DNA of 32,000 nt from Sulfolobus acidocaldarius DSM 639. GTDB taxonomy: Archaea > Thermoproteota > Thermoprotei_A > Sulfolobales > Sulfolobaceae. The stretch covers positions 1,890,001 through 1,922,000 of the forward strand of contig NC_007181.1 in the NCBI RefSeq assembly GCF_000012285.1, read 5' to 3'. A program made the position numbers and the translations under genes. Position 1 is the stretch's first letter; every line of letters starts with the position of its first letter. The notes beneath the pieces are model-generated. The model searched no databases. It saw nothing but the letters and a program-made list of their open reading frames with translations, and had not been told where the DNA came from. This document shows positions 8,928 to 18,234 of this stretch, piece after piece.

Positions 8928-10034
8928 ATGTATGACTGGTTTAGTGAGATGAGAAAGAAAGACCCAGTGTATTATGACGGAAACATATGGCAGGTGTTTT
9001 CCTATAGGTACACAAAGGAGGTTTTAAACAACTTTTCGAAATTCTCCTCAGATCTTACAGGTTACCACGAAAGGCTTGAGGACCTAAGGAACGGTAAAAT
9101 AAGGTTCGACATCCCCACTAGGTATACCATGCTGACCTCAGATCCCCCTCTCCATGATGAGTTAAGATCAATGTCAGCAGATATATTCTCGCCTCAAAAG
9201 CTACAGACACTTGAGACATTTATTAGGGAGACCACCAGAAGCCTATTAGACTCAATTGACCCTAGGGAAGACGACATAGTGAAGAAGTTAGCTGTTCCAC
9301 TACCAATAATAGTTATCTCAAAAATATTGGGTCTCCCAATTGAAGATAAGGAGAAGTTCAAAGAGTGGTCAGACTTAGTCGCATTCAGGTTGGGTAAGCC
9401 TGGAGAAATATTTGAGCTAGGTAAGAAGTACCTTGAGTTAATAGGTTATGTGAAGGATCATCTAAATTCAGGGACCGAAGTGGTCAGCAGAGTTGTCAAC
9501 TCAAACCTCTCAGACATAGAGAAACTCGGATACATTATTTTACTTCTCATAGCGGGTAATGAGACTACAACTAACTTAATATCAAACTCTGTTATTGACT
9601 TCACTAGGTTTAACCTGTGGCAGAGGATAAGGGAAGAGAACCTCTACCTTAAGGCTATCGAAGAGGCTTTAAGGTATTCTCCTCCTGTGATGAGGACTGT
9701 AAGAAAGACTAAGGAAAGAGTGAAATTGGGTGATCAGACTATTGAAGAGGGAGAGTACGTTAGAGTATGGATAGCCTCAGCAAACAGGGACGAGGAGGTG
9801 TTTCATGACGGAGAGAAGTTCATCCCTGACAGGAATCCGAACCCACACTTAAGCTTTGGGTCTGGAATACATCTGTGTTTAGGTGCTCCTTTGGCTAGAT
9901 TAGAGGCAAGAATAGCAATTGAGGAATTTTCAAAAAGGTTTAGGCACATTGAGATATTGGATACTGAAAAAGTTCCAAATGAAGTGCTGAATGGTTATAA
10001 GAGACTAGTGGTCAGGTTGAAGAGTAATGAATAA
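8928..10034 (+). CDS. cyp119: cytochrome P450 CYP119
   Basis: 368-aa ORF. It has the heme-thiolate loop FGSGIHLCLG, the I-helix AGNETT and the EEALR (ExxR) motif. The N-terminus MYDWFSEMRKKDPVYYDGNIWQVFSYRYTKEVL and the overall length match my memory of the thermophilic CYP119 protein. TATA-like ATTTATTTA lies about 23 nt before the ATG. Confidence 0.96.
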   Translation: MYDWFSEMRKKDPVYYDGNIWQVFSYRYTKEVLNNFSKFSSDLTGYHERLEDLRNGKIRFDIPTRYTMLTSDPPLHDELRSMSADIFSPQKLQTLETFIRETTRSLLDSIDPREDDIVKKLAVPLPIIVISKILGLPIEDKEKFKEWSDLVAFRLGKPGEIFELGKKYLELIGYVKDHLNSGTEVVSRVVNSNLSDIEKLGYIILLLIAGNETTTNLISNSVIDFTRFNLWQRIREENLYLKAIEEALRYSPPVMRTVRKTKERVKLGDQTIEEGEYVRVWIASANRDEEVFHDGEKFIPDRNPNPHLSFGSGIHLCLGAPLARLEARIAIEEFSKRFRHIEILDTEKVPNEVLNGYKRLVVRLKSNE

Positions 10035-10242
10035 TGCAGAGAGGTTTCTCCACTTAATGTTAAAGGAGGGAACAAAGGTGTTATTTCTGTTATAGAGATA
10101 GCCCTTATGCCATAACCATAATTAGCTTAAAGAACGCCACGTTGTTTATTCCACCTTAAGAAGCTCTATATCTTAAACTATTCTTCATCTAATTATTATC
10201 TGCAAAGAAATATTTATTAAAGTCTCTGTTTCAAATTACACT

Positions 10243-11136
10243 ATGAGTCAAAAGGGAGAGGCTGAAGGAATTGCAAGGATAAGGAGTGCAGCCTTATTTT
10301 ACATTGTTGCAATCTTAATTACATTAGTTGCAGTCTTTGCCGTATTTATACCCCTAATAGTCTCTATATCCAGTATATCAAGTAATTTAAGTAACCCAAA
10401 TGCCAGCTCAGCAAGTGCTGCTGCAGGAGGCATTTTGTCAGCTGTTATAGGAGTTATTGTAGTTGCAGTTATAGTCAGTATTGTAATCCTCGTATTCATA
10501 ATATTATCATTTCTGAGGTTTAGGGATGGGTTTTCGATATTACAGGCAATAGGCAGAGATGTGGGAATTGGGAAGACTGGCACTACGCTGATACTTGTGG
10601 GTGCTATCCTACTAATAATACCTTTTCTAGATATAATAGGTATCATACTAATATTCGTAGGGCAGATACTACTAGGTATTGGGATCTACAGAATAGGTGA
10701 GATTTATAACAACTCCTTAACGAAGATTGGAGGAATTCTTGTGGCTATTCCATTGATAGATATTACAGCGTTTATAGGGATGATTATGACATATGTAGGG
10801 GTAGGACAAATACAGAGAGAGTTCGGTATGAGACCTCCTCTTCCTCCTTCATCACAAATACCATCTCAACAGACTGGTAGTGGAGTCTTAAGAGGAAATG
10901 GTACAGCTGATTTAAACATTTACTTACAAACACAGGAACAAGTAGTATCAGCCCAAATATTAGGTACAAACTATCTCACCGGTTTAATAGTTCCAAATAT
11001 GTTACAGCCTGGTTTCAATAATCTAACAGTCAACTTCAATGTTCCACTTAACCTTATGCCTAACAGTATTTATGTGATCAGACTTAACTTAGCGTCAGGG
11101 AGGACTTTGGATGTTAATGTAACATTTCAACCTTAA
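10243..11136 (+). CDS. membrane protein with C-terminal soluble beta-rich domain (archaeal DUF973-like, tentative)
   Basis: 297-aa ORF with four or five hydrophobic helices (GIGIYRIGEIYNN region). A Pro/Ser linker (MRPPLPPSSQIPSQQ) follows, then a roughly 90-aa domain with NxT sequons. The family name is from memory only. Confidence 0.7.
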   Translation: MSQKGEAEGIARIRSAALFYIVAILITLVAVFAVFIPLIVSISSISSNLSNPNASSASAAAGGILSAVIGVIVVAVIVSIVILVFIILSFLRFRDGFSILQAIGRDVGIGKTGTTLILVGAILLIIPFLDIIGIILIFVGQILLGIGIYRIGEIYNNSLTKIGGILVAIPLIDITAFIGMIMTYVGVGQIQREFGMRPPLPPSSQIPSQQTGSGVLRGNGTADLNIYLQTQEQVVSAQILGTNYLTGLIVPNMLQPGFNNLTVNFNVPLNLMPNSIYVIRLNLASGRTLDVNVTFQP

Positions 11137-11240
11137 TCAGTAACTTCCCTATAGCTCTATCAGATAAGCCTAGTTTACAGACTTAATAAGAGGAGGGAAA
11201 ACTAAAAAATAGTACATATATTTTTTCTTAAAAACCCAGC

Positions 11241-11804
11241 TTATTTCTGCCACAACTCTATTATCTCTTTGTTGCTAAGTACGAGAGATAATTTAGTCAT
11301 ATTGGCAAGTGATCTCTCATGGGCTTGCTTGTCTGCTGAAGACACTGCTTCCTTTGCTATAACAGGAATAAAACCCAATGCCTGTGCATGCCTTGCAGAT
11401 GTTTCAACACCTATTTCAGTAGCTATACCAGTAAACACAATCGCGACATAACCACCGTGCCTTAACATTAATTCAAAGTTTGTTCCAACAAAGATGCTAG
11501 GGGTATTCTTCCTTAATATTACGTCTCCTTCCTTAGGATAAACCTCCTTATTTATATCCCCTGGGTTAAGGATTCTCCTTAAGTTTACCTTTGGTTGAAA
11601 ACGTTCAGGATAAGGAGTGATCATAGTATACACAATTGGTACTCCACTTGATCTAGCAGCTTCAATAAGCTCCTTAGTCTTAACTATAAACTCCTCCTTA
11701 TTGAATATAGAATTTACTAATGTATCTTGAACATCCCAGACTACTAAAACTGAGTTGTTCTTATTTATCAATTTCTTTATCTCTTCAGGGTTAAAATAGG
11801 ACAT
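11241..11804 (-). CDS. isochorismatase-family hydrolase (nucleophile Cys position is Gly)
   Basis: 187-aa ORF. It has VLVVWDVQD (catalytic Asp region), [22 protein letters not shown], and [17 protein letters not shown], which corresponds to the G-x-x-T-x-x-C-V-x-x-T-x-R block of the family. Confidence 0.8.
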   Translation of the reverse strand: MSYFNPEEIKKLINKNNSVLVVWDVQDTLVNSIFNKEEFIVKTKELIEAARSSGVPIVYTMITPYPERFQPKVNLRRILNPGDINKEVYPKEGDVILRKNTPSIFVGTNFELMLRHGGYVAIVFTGIATEIGVETSARHAQALGFIPVIAKEAVSSADKQAHERSLANMTKLSLVLSNKEIIELWQK

Positions 11805-11992
11805 ACAATAAAGTCACTATTTACAAATTAAAATGTTACTCCAAAACAGAACATCCCCGCTTTCATTGACCCACGTATTGCTTGGTTATAATTCACAGTG
11901 ACCCTTGATAAAACTAGGAAATAGAGGAGGACGCTTAATCTATTACGAATATTTGAAGGGAAGAGCTAAAACCTGAAAAATTTGGGACTTTA

Positions 11993-13417
11993 TTAGCTCT
12001 TGTCAGTAGACAGTTGTGCTCTAGCTTCTTTTCCTCTAAGTGCTGATAGGATAAGTGCCACAACCAAAATCCCTATTGAGACGTAAAATGCAGACTTTAA
12101 ACCTATCAGGAAAGAGCTAGCCACACCGCCTATGAGGTTAGTTGTACCTAAGAAGACCTCAAAGGCGACTTCTCTTGGTATTGTTACAGAGGCTACACTT
12201 AATACAATAGCATAACTTAACAATGTCCCTATATTTGCCAAAGTCCTAGACAACCCTGAGGCACCACCGTAAAATCCCCTTGGTGCATTAGCCATTATAG
12301 CGCTATTATTTGCAGGGAAGAAAAGAGAAGAGCCTAAACCCCCTATTACTGAGGCAATAACCACAACGTATAAGGGAGTGTCTAATCCAATAGACAGGTA
12401 TATGAGTACAGCTATTATCATCAACCCCAAGCCTATTGTTGCAGGTATCCTAGCCCCTATCCTGTCTGATAATCTCCCTGTGAATGGAGAGACAATACTG
12501 GCTAAGACATAACCAGGGACCAATAGCACTGAAGCGTCGAATGGAGAGAGCCCCCTAATCCCCTGCAGGTACATGATGATTATAAATGCCGTAGCCAAAT
12601 AACCTGTCGTCTGCAAGAAAGAGGCTAAAAGGGAGTATGTAAACACTCTACTACCCTTAAACGCTTTAAGGTCTATGATCGGAAACTCTTGTCTCCTCTC
12701 CAAGAGGAAGAATATGAGTAGGAGAATAATTCCACCAGAGATAAGGTAAATGTTTAATGACCTCACCCCTGCACCAGCAATGTCTGCACTTCCATATGCT
12801 ATTAACGACAGGGAAGCTAAAAGGAATGCCATCCCTAATATATCCAGTTTCACCTTTCGTCTCTCGTTTGTCTTAATATATCTTAAACCCAGTAATATCG
12901 CTAGTATTCCAATTGGTACGTTGATGTAAAATATATACCTCCAACCTATGAATGTTGTAATGAACCCCCCTAGGACTATTCCCAACGTAGCCCCTGCGTT
13001 CCAGCCTATCGATGTGTAACCATAAGCCCTACCCCTCTTATTGGGAGGAAATATGTCTGCAATGATTGCGCCGCTATTAGCCTGCATCATTGCTGCTCCT
13101 AGTCCTTGAATTGCCCTAAAGGCGACTAGATCAACTGCTGAGAGGGATGCACCGCATAAGGCAGAACCTATGGTGAAAATTAGAAAACCCATGTTGTACA
13201 ACCTAGACCTACCATATATGTCTCCAATTCGACCTAACTGAGTTGTAAAGACTGCTATTACCAGTAAGTATATGATTATAACCCATATAATTATGGACAG
13301 GTCTGCCCTTAATTCTTGGGCTATAGTTGGAATTGCTAAAAGCACTATTGTAGTATCAATTGCTGACATAAGAGTTCCAAGTACCACCACAAATAAGGAC
13401 AGGTTATTAGAATTCAT
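11993..13417 (-). CDS. MFS transporter, 14-TMS drug:H+ antiporter (DHA2/EmrB-like)
   Basis: 474-aa ORF. The N-terminus [24 protein letters not shown], the loop [13 protein letters not shown] and [12 protein letters not shown] are characteristic of DHA2. It has about 14 hydrophobic segments. Confidence 0.85.
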   Translation of the reverse strand: MNSNNLSLFVVVLGTLMSAIDTTIVLLAIPTIAQELRADLSIIIWVIIIYLLVIAVFTTQLGRIGDIYGRSRLYNMGFLIFTIGSALCGASLSAVDLVAFRAIQGLGAAMMQANSGAIIADIFPPNKRGRAYGYTSIGWNAGATLGIVLGGFITTFIGWRYIFYINVPIGILAILLGLRYIKTNERRKVKLDILGMAFLLASLSLIAYGSADIAGAGVRSLNIYLISGGIILLLIFFLLERRQEFPIIDLKAFKGSRVFTYSLLASFLQTTGYLATAFIIIMYLQGIRGLSPFDASVLLVPGYVLASIVSPFTGRLSDRIGARIPATIGLGLMIIAVLIYLSIGLDTPLYVVVIASVIGGLGSSLFFPANNSAIMANAPRGFYGGASGLSRTLANIGTLLSYAIVLSVASVTIPREVAFEVFLGTTNLIGGVASSFLIGLKSAFYVSIGILVVALILSALRGKEARAQLSTDKS

Positions 13418-13610
13418 AAAATAGGATTACATTGAGTTAATATTTATTCCTTTTTTCGAAAAATCCTTCACCTTACCTCTTTACTGTGCGGAGCTTTACT
13501 GCTTTAAATACCTTCCTTAGAAAATTTTTTATAACTCAACCGAGAAAATTATTCATTTTTCAGTGATCAACCTGTATATATTAAGAATGTTGATAATTAG
13601 ACAGGATACT

Positions 13611-13630
13611 AAAAATTAAAAAAAGAAGAT
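13611..13630 (-). terminator. oligo-T terminator candidate for the sox transcript
   Basis: On the minus strand the sequence reads TCTTCTTTTTTTAATTTTT. It starts about 7 nt after the stop of the 66-aa ORF, and its T7 run is at 13618-13624. No comparable T-tract lies between soxC, soxD and the 66-aa ORF. Confidence 0.45.
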
Positions 13631-13636
13631 TTAACT

Positions 13637-13837
13637 TTATATTCCCATCTTATTTATACCACGATAAACTACTAGAAATATAATGGAGGCTAATATTAAG
13701 TAAGTCGCTGCCATTATAATGGACGTATTTGAGCTACCTATAGTATTTGAGGATAGTAGATTTAAAGGAATTGACAGTATTATGAAAAAAATTGCGATTA
13801 TAGAAGTTATAAGTACAGCAACAGTCATTCTCTTCAA
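13637..13837 (-). CDS. small two-helix membrane protein, possible extra cistron of the sox operon
   Basis: 66-aa ORF with a TTG start at 13837, preceded by GGTGA (inside the last soxD codons) at 6-nt spacing. An alternative ATG is at 13828 (MTVAVLITSIIAIFFIILS...). It has two hydrophobic helices and begins only 1 nt (TTG) or 10 nt (ATG) after the soxD stop. Confidence 0.5.
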   Translation of the reverse strand: MKRMTVAVLITSIIAIFFIILSIPLNLLSSNTIGSSNTSIIMAATYLILASIIFLVVYRGINKMGI

Positions 13838-13838
13838 C

Positions 13839-13961
13839 TCATCTCACCAGTAAGGTTATTAGTTTTACTGAATCCCATAAAAGGTTGTATGTCATGAATC
13901 CTACCATAAATGCGGTTGCACCGAAAATTAATCCCAGAATTACCAAACCTAACCTGTTCAT
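13839..13961 (-). CDS. soxD: SoxD, 40-aa subunit of the SoxABCD quinol oxidase
   Basis: Hand-translated, below the ORF-track cutoff: MNRLGLVILGLIFGATAFMVGFMTYNLLWDSVKLITLLVR*. The ATG is 6 nt after the soxC stop and is preceded by GGAGTGA. It has a single TM helix. Its length and position match the known soxD. Confidence 0.8.
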   Translation of the reverse strand: MNRLGLVILGLIFGATAFMVGFMTYNLLWDSVKLITLLVR

Positions 13962-13967
13962 CTCTCA

Positions 13968-15659
13968 TCACTCCTTAACAAATATTTCATAGTGGTAAAG
14001 CTGTATAGCAACTCCCCATAAAAGCAATATCACACCAAGATCCATACCAGCATATGTGGCTTGAGGACCTACGCTTGGTAAAGTCCACATGAGACCTAAT
14101 AACACAAGAGAGACCACAAACAAAGCAATAATGCCAAAGAAGGCAATCTTCTTCCTTAAACTTATCCTGGAACTAGTATTTCCTACGGAAGCGACAGGCT
14201 TGCCTCCTAAAACGTAAAATGATATCCTCCTCAATGCATATATGGCAAATAGACCAAGAGGTACTAGTATTATACCATTAATAAGTGTTGGGAACTGTAT
14301 GAAATTGAATAATGTAGCTGCGAATGATAACGTTCCCACAGCACCTAGTAATATCTCCATTGGAGTTATATTCATCTTTATCACCCTAGAGTCAGTTGCA
14401 GTTGTGCTCACAGTCTTAGTTTTTCTCTCAGTGGGCCATAAATACACAATTATACCTATTATGACTAATGGAGGTCCAAGGAACTCAATTTGAGCAGATG
14501 TTGGCTCTGGAACTCCAGGTTCAAGATATCCCCACACAGAGAGCTCTACCAAGTAAACAGCCAATGTGGTCATTATCCATGTCCAGAATTTCCTTCTCGT
14601 TACGTAAAGTGAGTCTGATGGGTCTAGGAATGGAAGCAACATCAATATCACTAACCCTACAACAAGTAAGGCTATAGTAAGTATTGGGGTTATTGGTATT
14701 CCGTTAGGCAACAGGAAGTCTACCAGTTTGAACAGGAACAGGAAGAACCATGGTGGATAAGGCTGAACGCTTACTGCCTGAGGAGACCCAGCCTGTGGAG
14801 CAGGGTATGGGTTAATAACTATTGGCAACCCATTTATGTTAGCTAAAAGGTTAGGTACAAACAGGATAATTCCCCAAGTTATCAGTACTATTGACAGCAT
14901 GTAAACGAAGTTTCTTGGCCACCAGGGGTTAAACTTCTCTTGTTCCTCCTTAGTGTAGTAGGAAGGGACCTTTGGTTTCTCCCTTGTCGCAGGGGTCATT
15001 CCATATCTCTCTGAAAGCATAAAGTGAAATAGGAAGAGTACACCTAGCAAGAACACCATAATTATGTGCCAACCTAAAAGTCTATCAAATAACTCAGACC
15101 TCACTAGGGGATTAGAGGATAACGCAGCACTACCTCCAGGTCCAAATAGCCATCCTACTATTGCTGTTGCCCCAGGTATACCAGTACCCACTAAAAGCTG
15201 ATCACCGATATCAATTGCATTTACTCCTAAGACATCACTCACTAGGCTGTATCCAAAGAAGGAAGCCCCCAGAGTGAGTGCAAGTAATAGAACTCCAGTC
15301 ACCCACTGTAACTCTCTAGGTTTCTTGTATGCTCCTTTGTAGAAGTTTCTGAACATGTGGATGTAAGCTAGAAGAATCATAATATATGAACCATACAGGT
15401 GACTGAACAGTAAAACTGAACCATAGGGTACACTATTAATAATAGTTTGAGTTGACTGATATGCAAATGCAGGCTGGTAGTAGAGGAGGAGGAACAGCCC
15501 AGTTATTATTGTGTAGGCAAATGACGCAGCGACCATAGCTCCGAGCCAATAAGATATATTATACATGTAATCTGGAGTCCTGAACAGGGGTGCCTCATTT
15601 ATCCCTAATCTTTCTAAAATTGAATCTATTATTCCTGATTTCTTCTCTTCAACCAACAT
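13968..15659 (-). CDS. soxC: SoxC, cytochrome b-like di-heme subunit of SoxABCD
   Basis: 563-aa ORF with two H-x13-H pairs in hydrophobic helices (SHLYGSYIMILLAYIH and WHIIMVFLLGVLFLFH), as in cytochrome b. GGTGA lies 3 nt before the ATG. It overlaps soxB by 11 nt. Confidence 0.95.
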   Translation of the reverse strand: MLVEEKKSGIIDSILERLGINEAPLFRTPDYMYNISYWLGAMVAASFAYTIITGLFLLLYYQPAFAYQSTQTIINSVPYGSVLLFSHLYGSYIMILLAYIHMFRNFYKGAYKKPRELQWVTGVLLLALTLGASFFGYSLVSDVLGVNAIDIGDQLLVGTGIPGATAIVGWLFGPGGSAALSSNPLVRSELFDRLLGWHIIMVFLLGVLFLFHFMLSERYGMTPATREKPKVPSYYTKEEQEKFNPWWPRNFVYMLSIVLITWGIILFVPNLLANINGLPIVINPYPAPQAGSPQAVSVQPYPPWFFLFLFKLVDFLLPNGIPITPILTIALLVVGLVILMLLPFLDPSDSLYVTRRKFWTWIMTTLAVYLVELSVWGYLEPGVPEPTSAQIEFLGPPLVIIGIIVYLWPTERKTKTVSTTATDSRVIKMNITPMEILLGAVGTLSFAATLFNFIQFPTLINGIILVPLGLFAIYALRRISFYVLGGKPVASVGNTSSRISLRKKIAFFGIIALFVVSLVLLGLMWTLPSVGPQATYAGMDLGVILLLWGVAIQLYHYEIFVKE

Positions 15660-17202
15660 TATTCACCCCTTTTTCACTATCAATTTTCTTTACCAGTTCA
15701 CCCTTATCAACCTGCATACTAAAACTACTTACAGATGGTGATGAAAAAACAGGTTGTTTTGATGCATATGCTAAAGCATCGAACATCCCCACGAATAATG
15801 TGAGGAGTAGACCAGGTATTCCTATTTCGGCTAAGAATGATTCCACTAAATTATAAGGTTGGAATATGACAGGATAAGCTATCATCCTTCTTAAAAATCC
15901 TAAATAACCCGCAACTGACATGGCATACCCCACACCCATGAAGGGAGCGGTCCACCATATCATACCTATCCTCATCCACTTGGAAGATGTTGCGCTAAAG
16001 TTAAACCCAGCAAAACTCGTCCTTAACATGTCGAGAAATACTGTTGTGTATCCCATAATTATTAATGTCCATATCATCAGGTGGAAGTGTCCAACTACGT
16101 AGTAGGAGTTGTGGAATAGAGGATTTATTGAATTCTCAGGTAAAACTAGTGCTTGAGCTCCAGCTAGTATGAAACCTATCAAAGATATTAAAGCACCCAT
16201 TCCAACAGGATCCTTCCAGTCATATTTTCTTGAGGTAAATATAGTCAGTCCTAGATTAAGCACTGTTAGTCCGGAGCCTGTTGCCAATATGAGTGTGGAT
16301 AAGTTCACCCATTCCCTTAACACAATTGGTAATGGCCATGTCTGTAGGTGGTGAACCCAGACACCCATTGTACCTATTGCAAGGAGATATATATTCCATC
16401 TAGCCCACTTTTCGCTATAAAGCGATCTACCGGCATACTGAGGTATATAATAGTACAGTGCACCGAATAGAGGGAATGGTACATAATAAACTACAGGATG
16501 ACCATAAAACCAGAAAAGGATCGCCCAAAGTAAGTTATTTACAGGCACATTTGCGAAGAAGTATAAAGTATACCATAGTGTCGCTGCTGCTAGAGCAGGT
16601 AGGGTAACCGCTATTACGATCGAGAATGCTACACCATAAGCTGCGAATATGTTTAGTCTTTCACCCTTAGGCTTTGTTGCGTAGGCATCTGCAATAAGCG
16701 TAACAAACGCTGCAGTCTGCAATATAACTGCTATTGACATTACCAAATAAGCCATTCCCATTAACTGGGGTGTTGTGTAAAACAGGAAAGCGTGAAATTG
16801 ACTGTTTGACTCGATTGCTAATGGAGGATACATATACCAGCCCATGTCTGGAGAACCAGCCATTGCTATTCCTAGAAGTACATTTGATAACCAGAAGAAT
16901 ATTGCCATCTGTTTAGTATGGATTATGGACAATTTGCTCTTATATAGGGAGAAACCTATTACTGCTGCTGCAGCCATGGGAACAAAGGCTATCATTGCAG
17001 CCCATCCATGTATCGTTAGAGCACTGTAATACAGTTCACCCACATTAGGGGAATTCTGGTCATAGGTTAGAAACGTCCTTAAGTTCATTGCAGCTATTCC
17101 TAATACTCCTAACCAAAATATAGAGCCAATAGTGTATAACCAAACCACACTTAGAGTATCTTTTGGCCAAACCACATTCTTTATTCTCTCTATAAGACTC
17201 AT
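15649..17202 (-). CDS. soxB: SoxB, heme-copper oxidase subunit I
   Basis: 517-aa ORF with the ligand motifs YGHPVVY, WVHHLQT and VVGHFHLM, and about 12 or more TM helices. GGTGG lies 7 nt before the ATG, and the ATG overlaps the soxA stop by 1 nt. Confidence 0.97.
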   Translation of the reverse strand: MSLIERIKNVVWPKDTLSVVWLYTIGSIFWLGVLGIAAMNLRTFLTYDQNSPNVGELYYSALTIHGWAAMIAFVPMAAAAVIGFSLYKSKLSIIHTKQMAIFFWLSNVLLGIAMAGSPDMGWYMYPPLAIESNSQFHAFLFYTTPQLMGMAYLVMSIAVILQTAAFVTLIADAYATKPKGERLNIFAAYGVAFSIVIAVTLPALAAATLWYTLYFFANVPVNNLLWAILFWFYGHPVVYYVPFPLFGALYYYIPQYAGRSLYSEKWARWNIYLLAIGTMGVWVHHLQTWPLPIVLREWVNLSTLILATGSGLTVLNLGLTIFTSRKYDWKDPVGMGALISLIGFILAGAQALVLPENSINPLFHNSYYVVGHFHLMIWTLIIMGYTTVFLDMLRTSFAGFNFSATSSKWMRIGMIWWTAPFMGVGYAMSVAGYLGFLRRMIAYPVIFQPYNLVESFLAEIGIPGLLLTLFVGMFDALAYASKQPVFSSPSVSSFSMQVDKGELVKKIDSEKGVNNVG

Positions 17203-17708
17203 CAGCCTACCACCTCTACTGTCCCAGTCATGTAAGATGAATTATATCCTGCATACTCAGCGTCCCTCCACGTGTAGTTACCTGGCTGATTAATTACAAA
17301 GTAAGCATAACTTGTGATCCCAGCCACATTATTGAGGTTAATAACCCCGTCAGGTGTCCTTAAGTAGAACCCAGTGTCGACTTGTGGAGAGTTTATGATT
17401 AAGACCACTGGTTCGCTCTTATTCACTACTATTAGATCAGGGGTCCATTTGTACTGTGTTGCGGTAAGATTAACTACCAACATCCCGTTTATTACTTCGG
17501 AGTATTGTCCTGGTGATGGAGGGTGGGAGTCAAAGTATTGGACTGCTTTTTGGGCTTGTTCAGGTAAGCCGGAATATGTTGGTAAACCATAATCAAGTGA
17601 GAAGCTCTTTCCTGTGGATAAGTAGTATACGTTCCAACTGAAGAATATTAGTACTAGAACTAGCATGACGATGAACCAGACTTCTTCAGCATGTTCCTTA
17701 ATATCCAT
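17202..17708 (-). CDS. soxA: SoxA, oxidase subunit II homologue lacking CuA ligands
   Basis: I place the start at ATG 17708 (MDIKEHAEEVWFIVMLVLVLIFF..., 168 aa), not at the GTG-initiated 211-aa track ORF. It has one N-terminal TM helix plus a cupredoxin-like domain. The C-terminal PGNYTWRDAEYAGYNSSYM aligns with the CuA loop of subunit II but has no Cys or His. Confidence 0.9.
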   Translation of the reverse strand: MDIKEHAEEVWFIVMLVLVLIFFSWNVYYLSTGKSFSLDYGLPTYSGLPEQAQKAVQYFDSHPPSPGQYSEVINGMLVVNLTATQYKWTPDLIVVNKSEPVVLIINSPQVDTGFYLRTPDGVINLNNVAGITSYAYFVINQPGNYTWRDAEYAGYNSSYMTGTVEVVG

Positions 17709-18204
17709 AAACCCTAAACACCTTATTATACATCTCCTATAGGGTTTATAAGTCTTTGTTATTGAAGAATTACAATATTTTGAGTTTAAATAAATATAGT
17801 ATTTAAACAATAAAGCCTTTAAGTACTTTATCAACACTAAGTGTATTGATCTTTTTTAATAAAATTATATACTGAAATGAATTTTATTGTAAAATATAAA
17901 AAATATCCGTCAAGAGAGTTTATTTAATATTTACCCCTCTCTGATATCAAAAATGTATTTTATTGGTTTATAAGATAAATATTCAGTAATAATAATTTAC
18001 ATGAAAAGTTTCCTTATTAACAGTTTTCATAAAAATTAACAGGAAAAATAGTTAGAATTCATTAACTCCCCCCTTCCTTTAATTTTTTGAATTTTTTCAA
18101 GTACGAAGTTCTAATACATTAATTTATTTACTTATGTATAAATATCTGATTATCCTTAAAAATGGAATTAGAATCTCGGAGTATAATCAAAACTTTTATT
18201 AAAA

Positions 18205-18211
18205 TTTATAA
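18205..18211 (+). promoter_or_regulatory. TATA-box candidate for leaderless soxL transcript
   Basis: TTTATAA ends 23 nt before the soxL ATG (18235). That is the usual Sulfolobus spacing for transcription starting at or next to the start codon. Confidence 0.5.
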
Positions 18212-18234
18212 GGATAAGATAATATAGGTTAGCA

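Noticed and set aside
10299-10969. Antisense ORFs (115 aa, 61 aa) within 10243-11136
   Set aside because: They are embedded antisense to a coherent membrane-protein ORF, and their composition mirrors the hydrophobic codons of the sense strand.
13452-13463. 12-bp perfect palindrome TTTTTCGAAAAA just upstream of the DHA2 MFS TATA element
   Set aside because: It is composed of two homopolymer runs around CG. Such palindromes arise easily in AT-rich promoter DNA, and it may simply be BRE-adjacent A/T sequence. It is not convincing as an operator without conservation data.
14242-17592. Numerous 60-88-aa ORFs antisense to soxC, soxB and soxA (for example 14242-14493, 15590-15856, 16844-17029, 17374-17592)
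   Set aside because: All lie inside sox genes that are identified strongly by heme and copper ligand motifs. They are chance open frames.
17709-17837. N-terminal 43-codon extension of soxA in the ORF track (211-aa version)
   Set aside because: It begins at a GTG in AT-rich promoter-like DNA and encodes an implausible K/Y/I/C-rich peptide. The ATG at 17708 gives the 168-aa protein with the N-terminal TM helix expected for SoxA.
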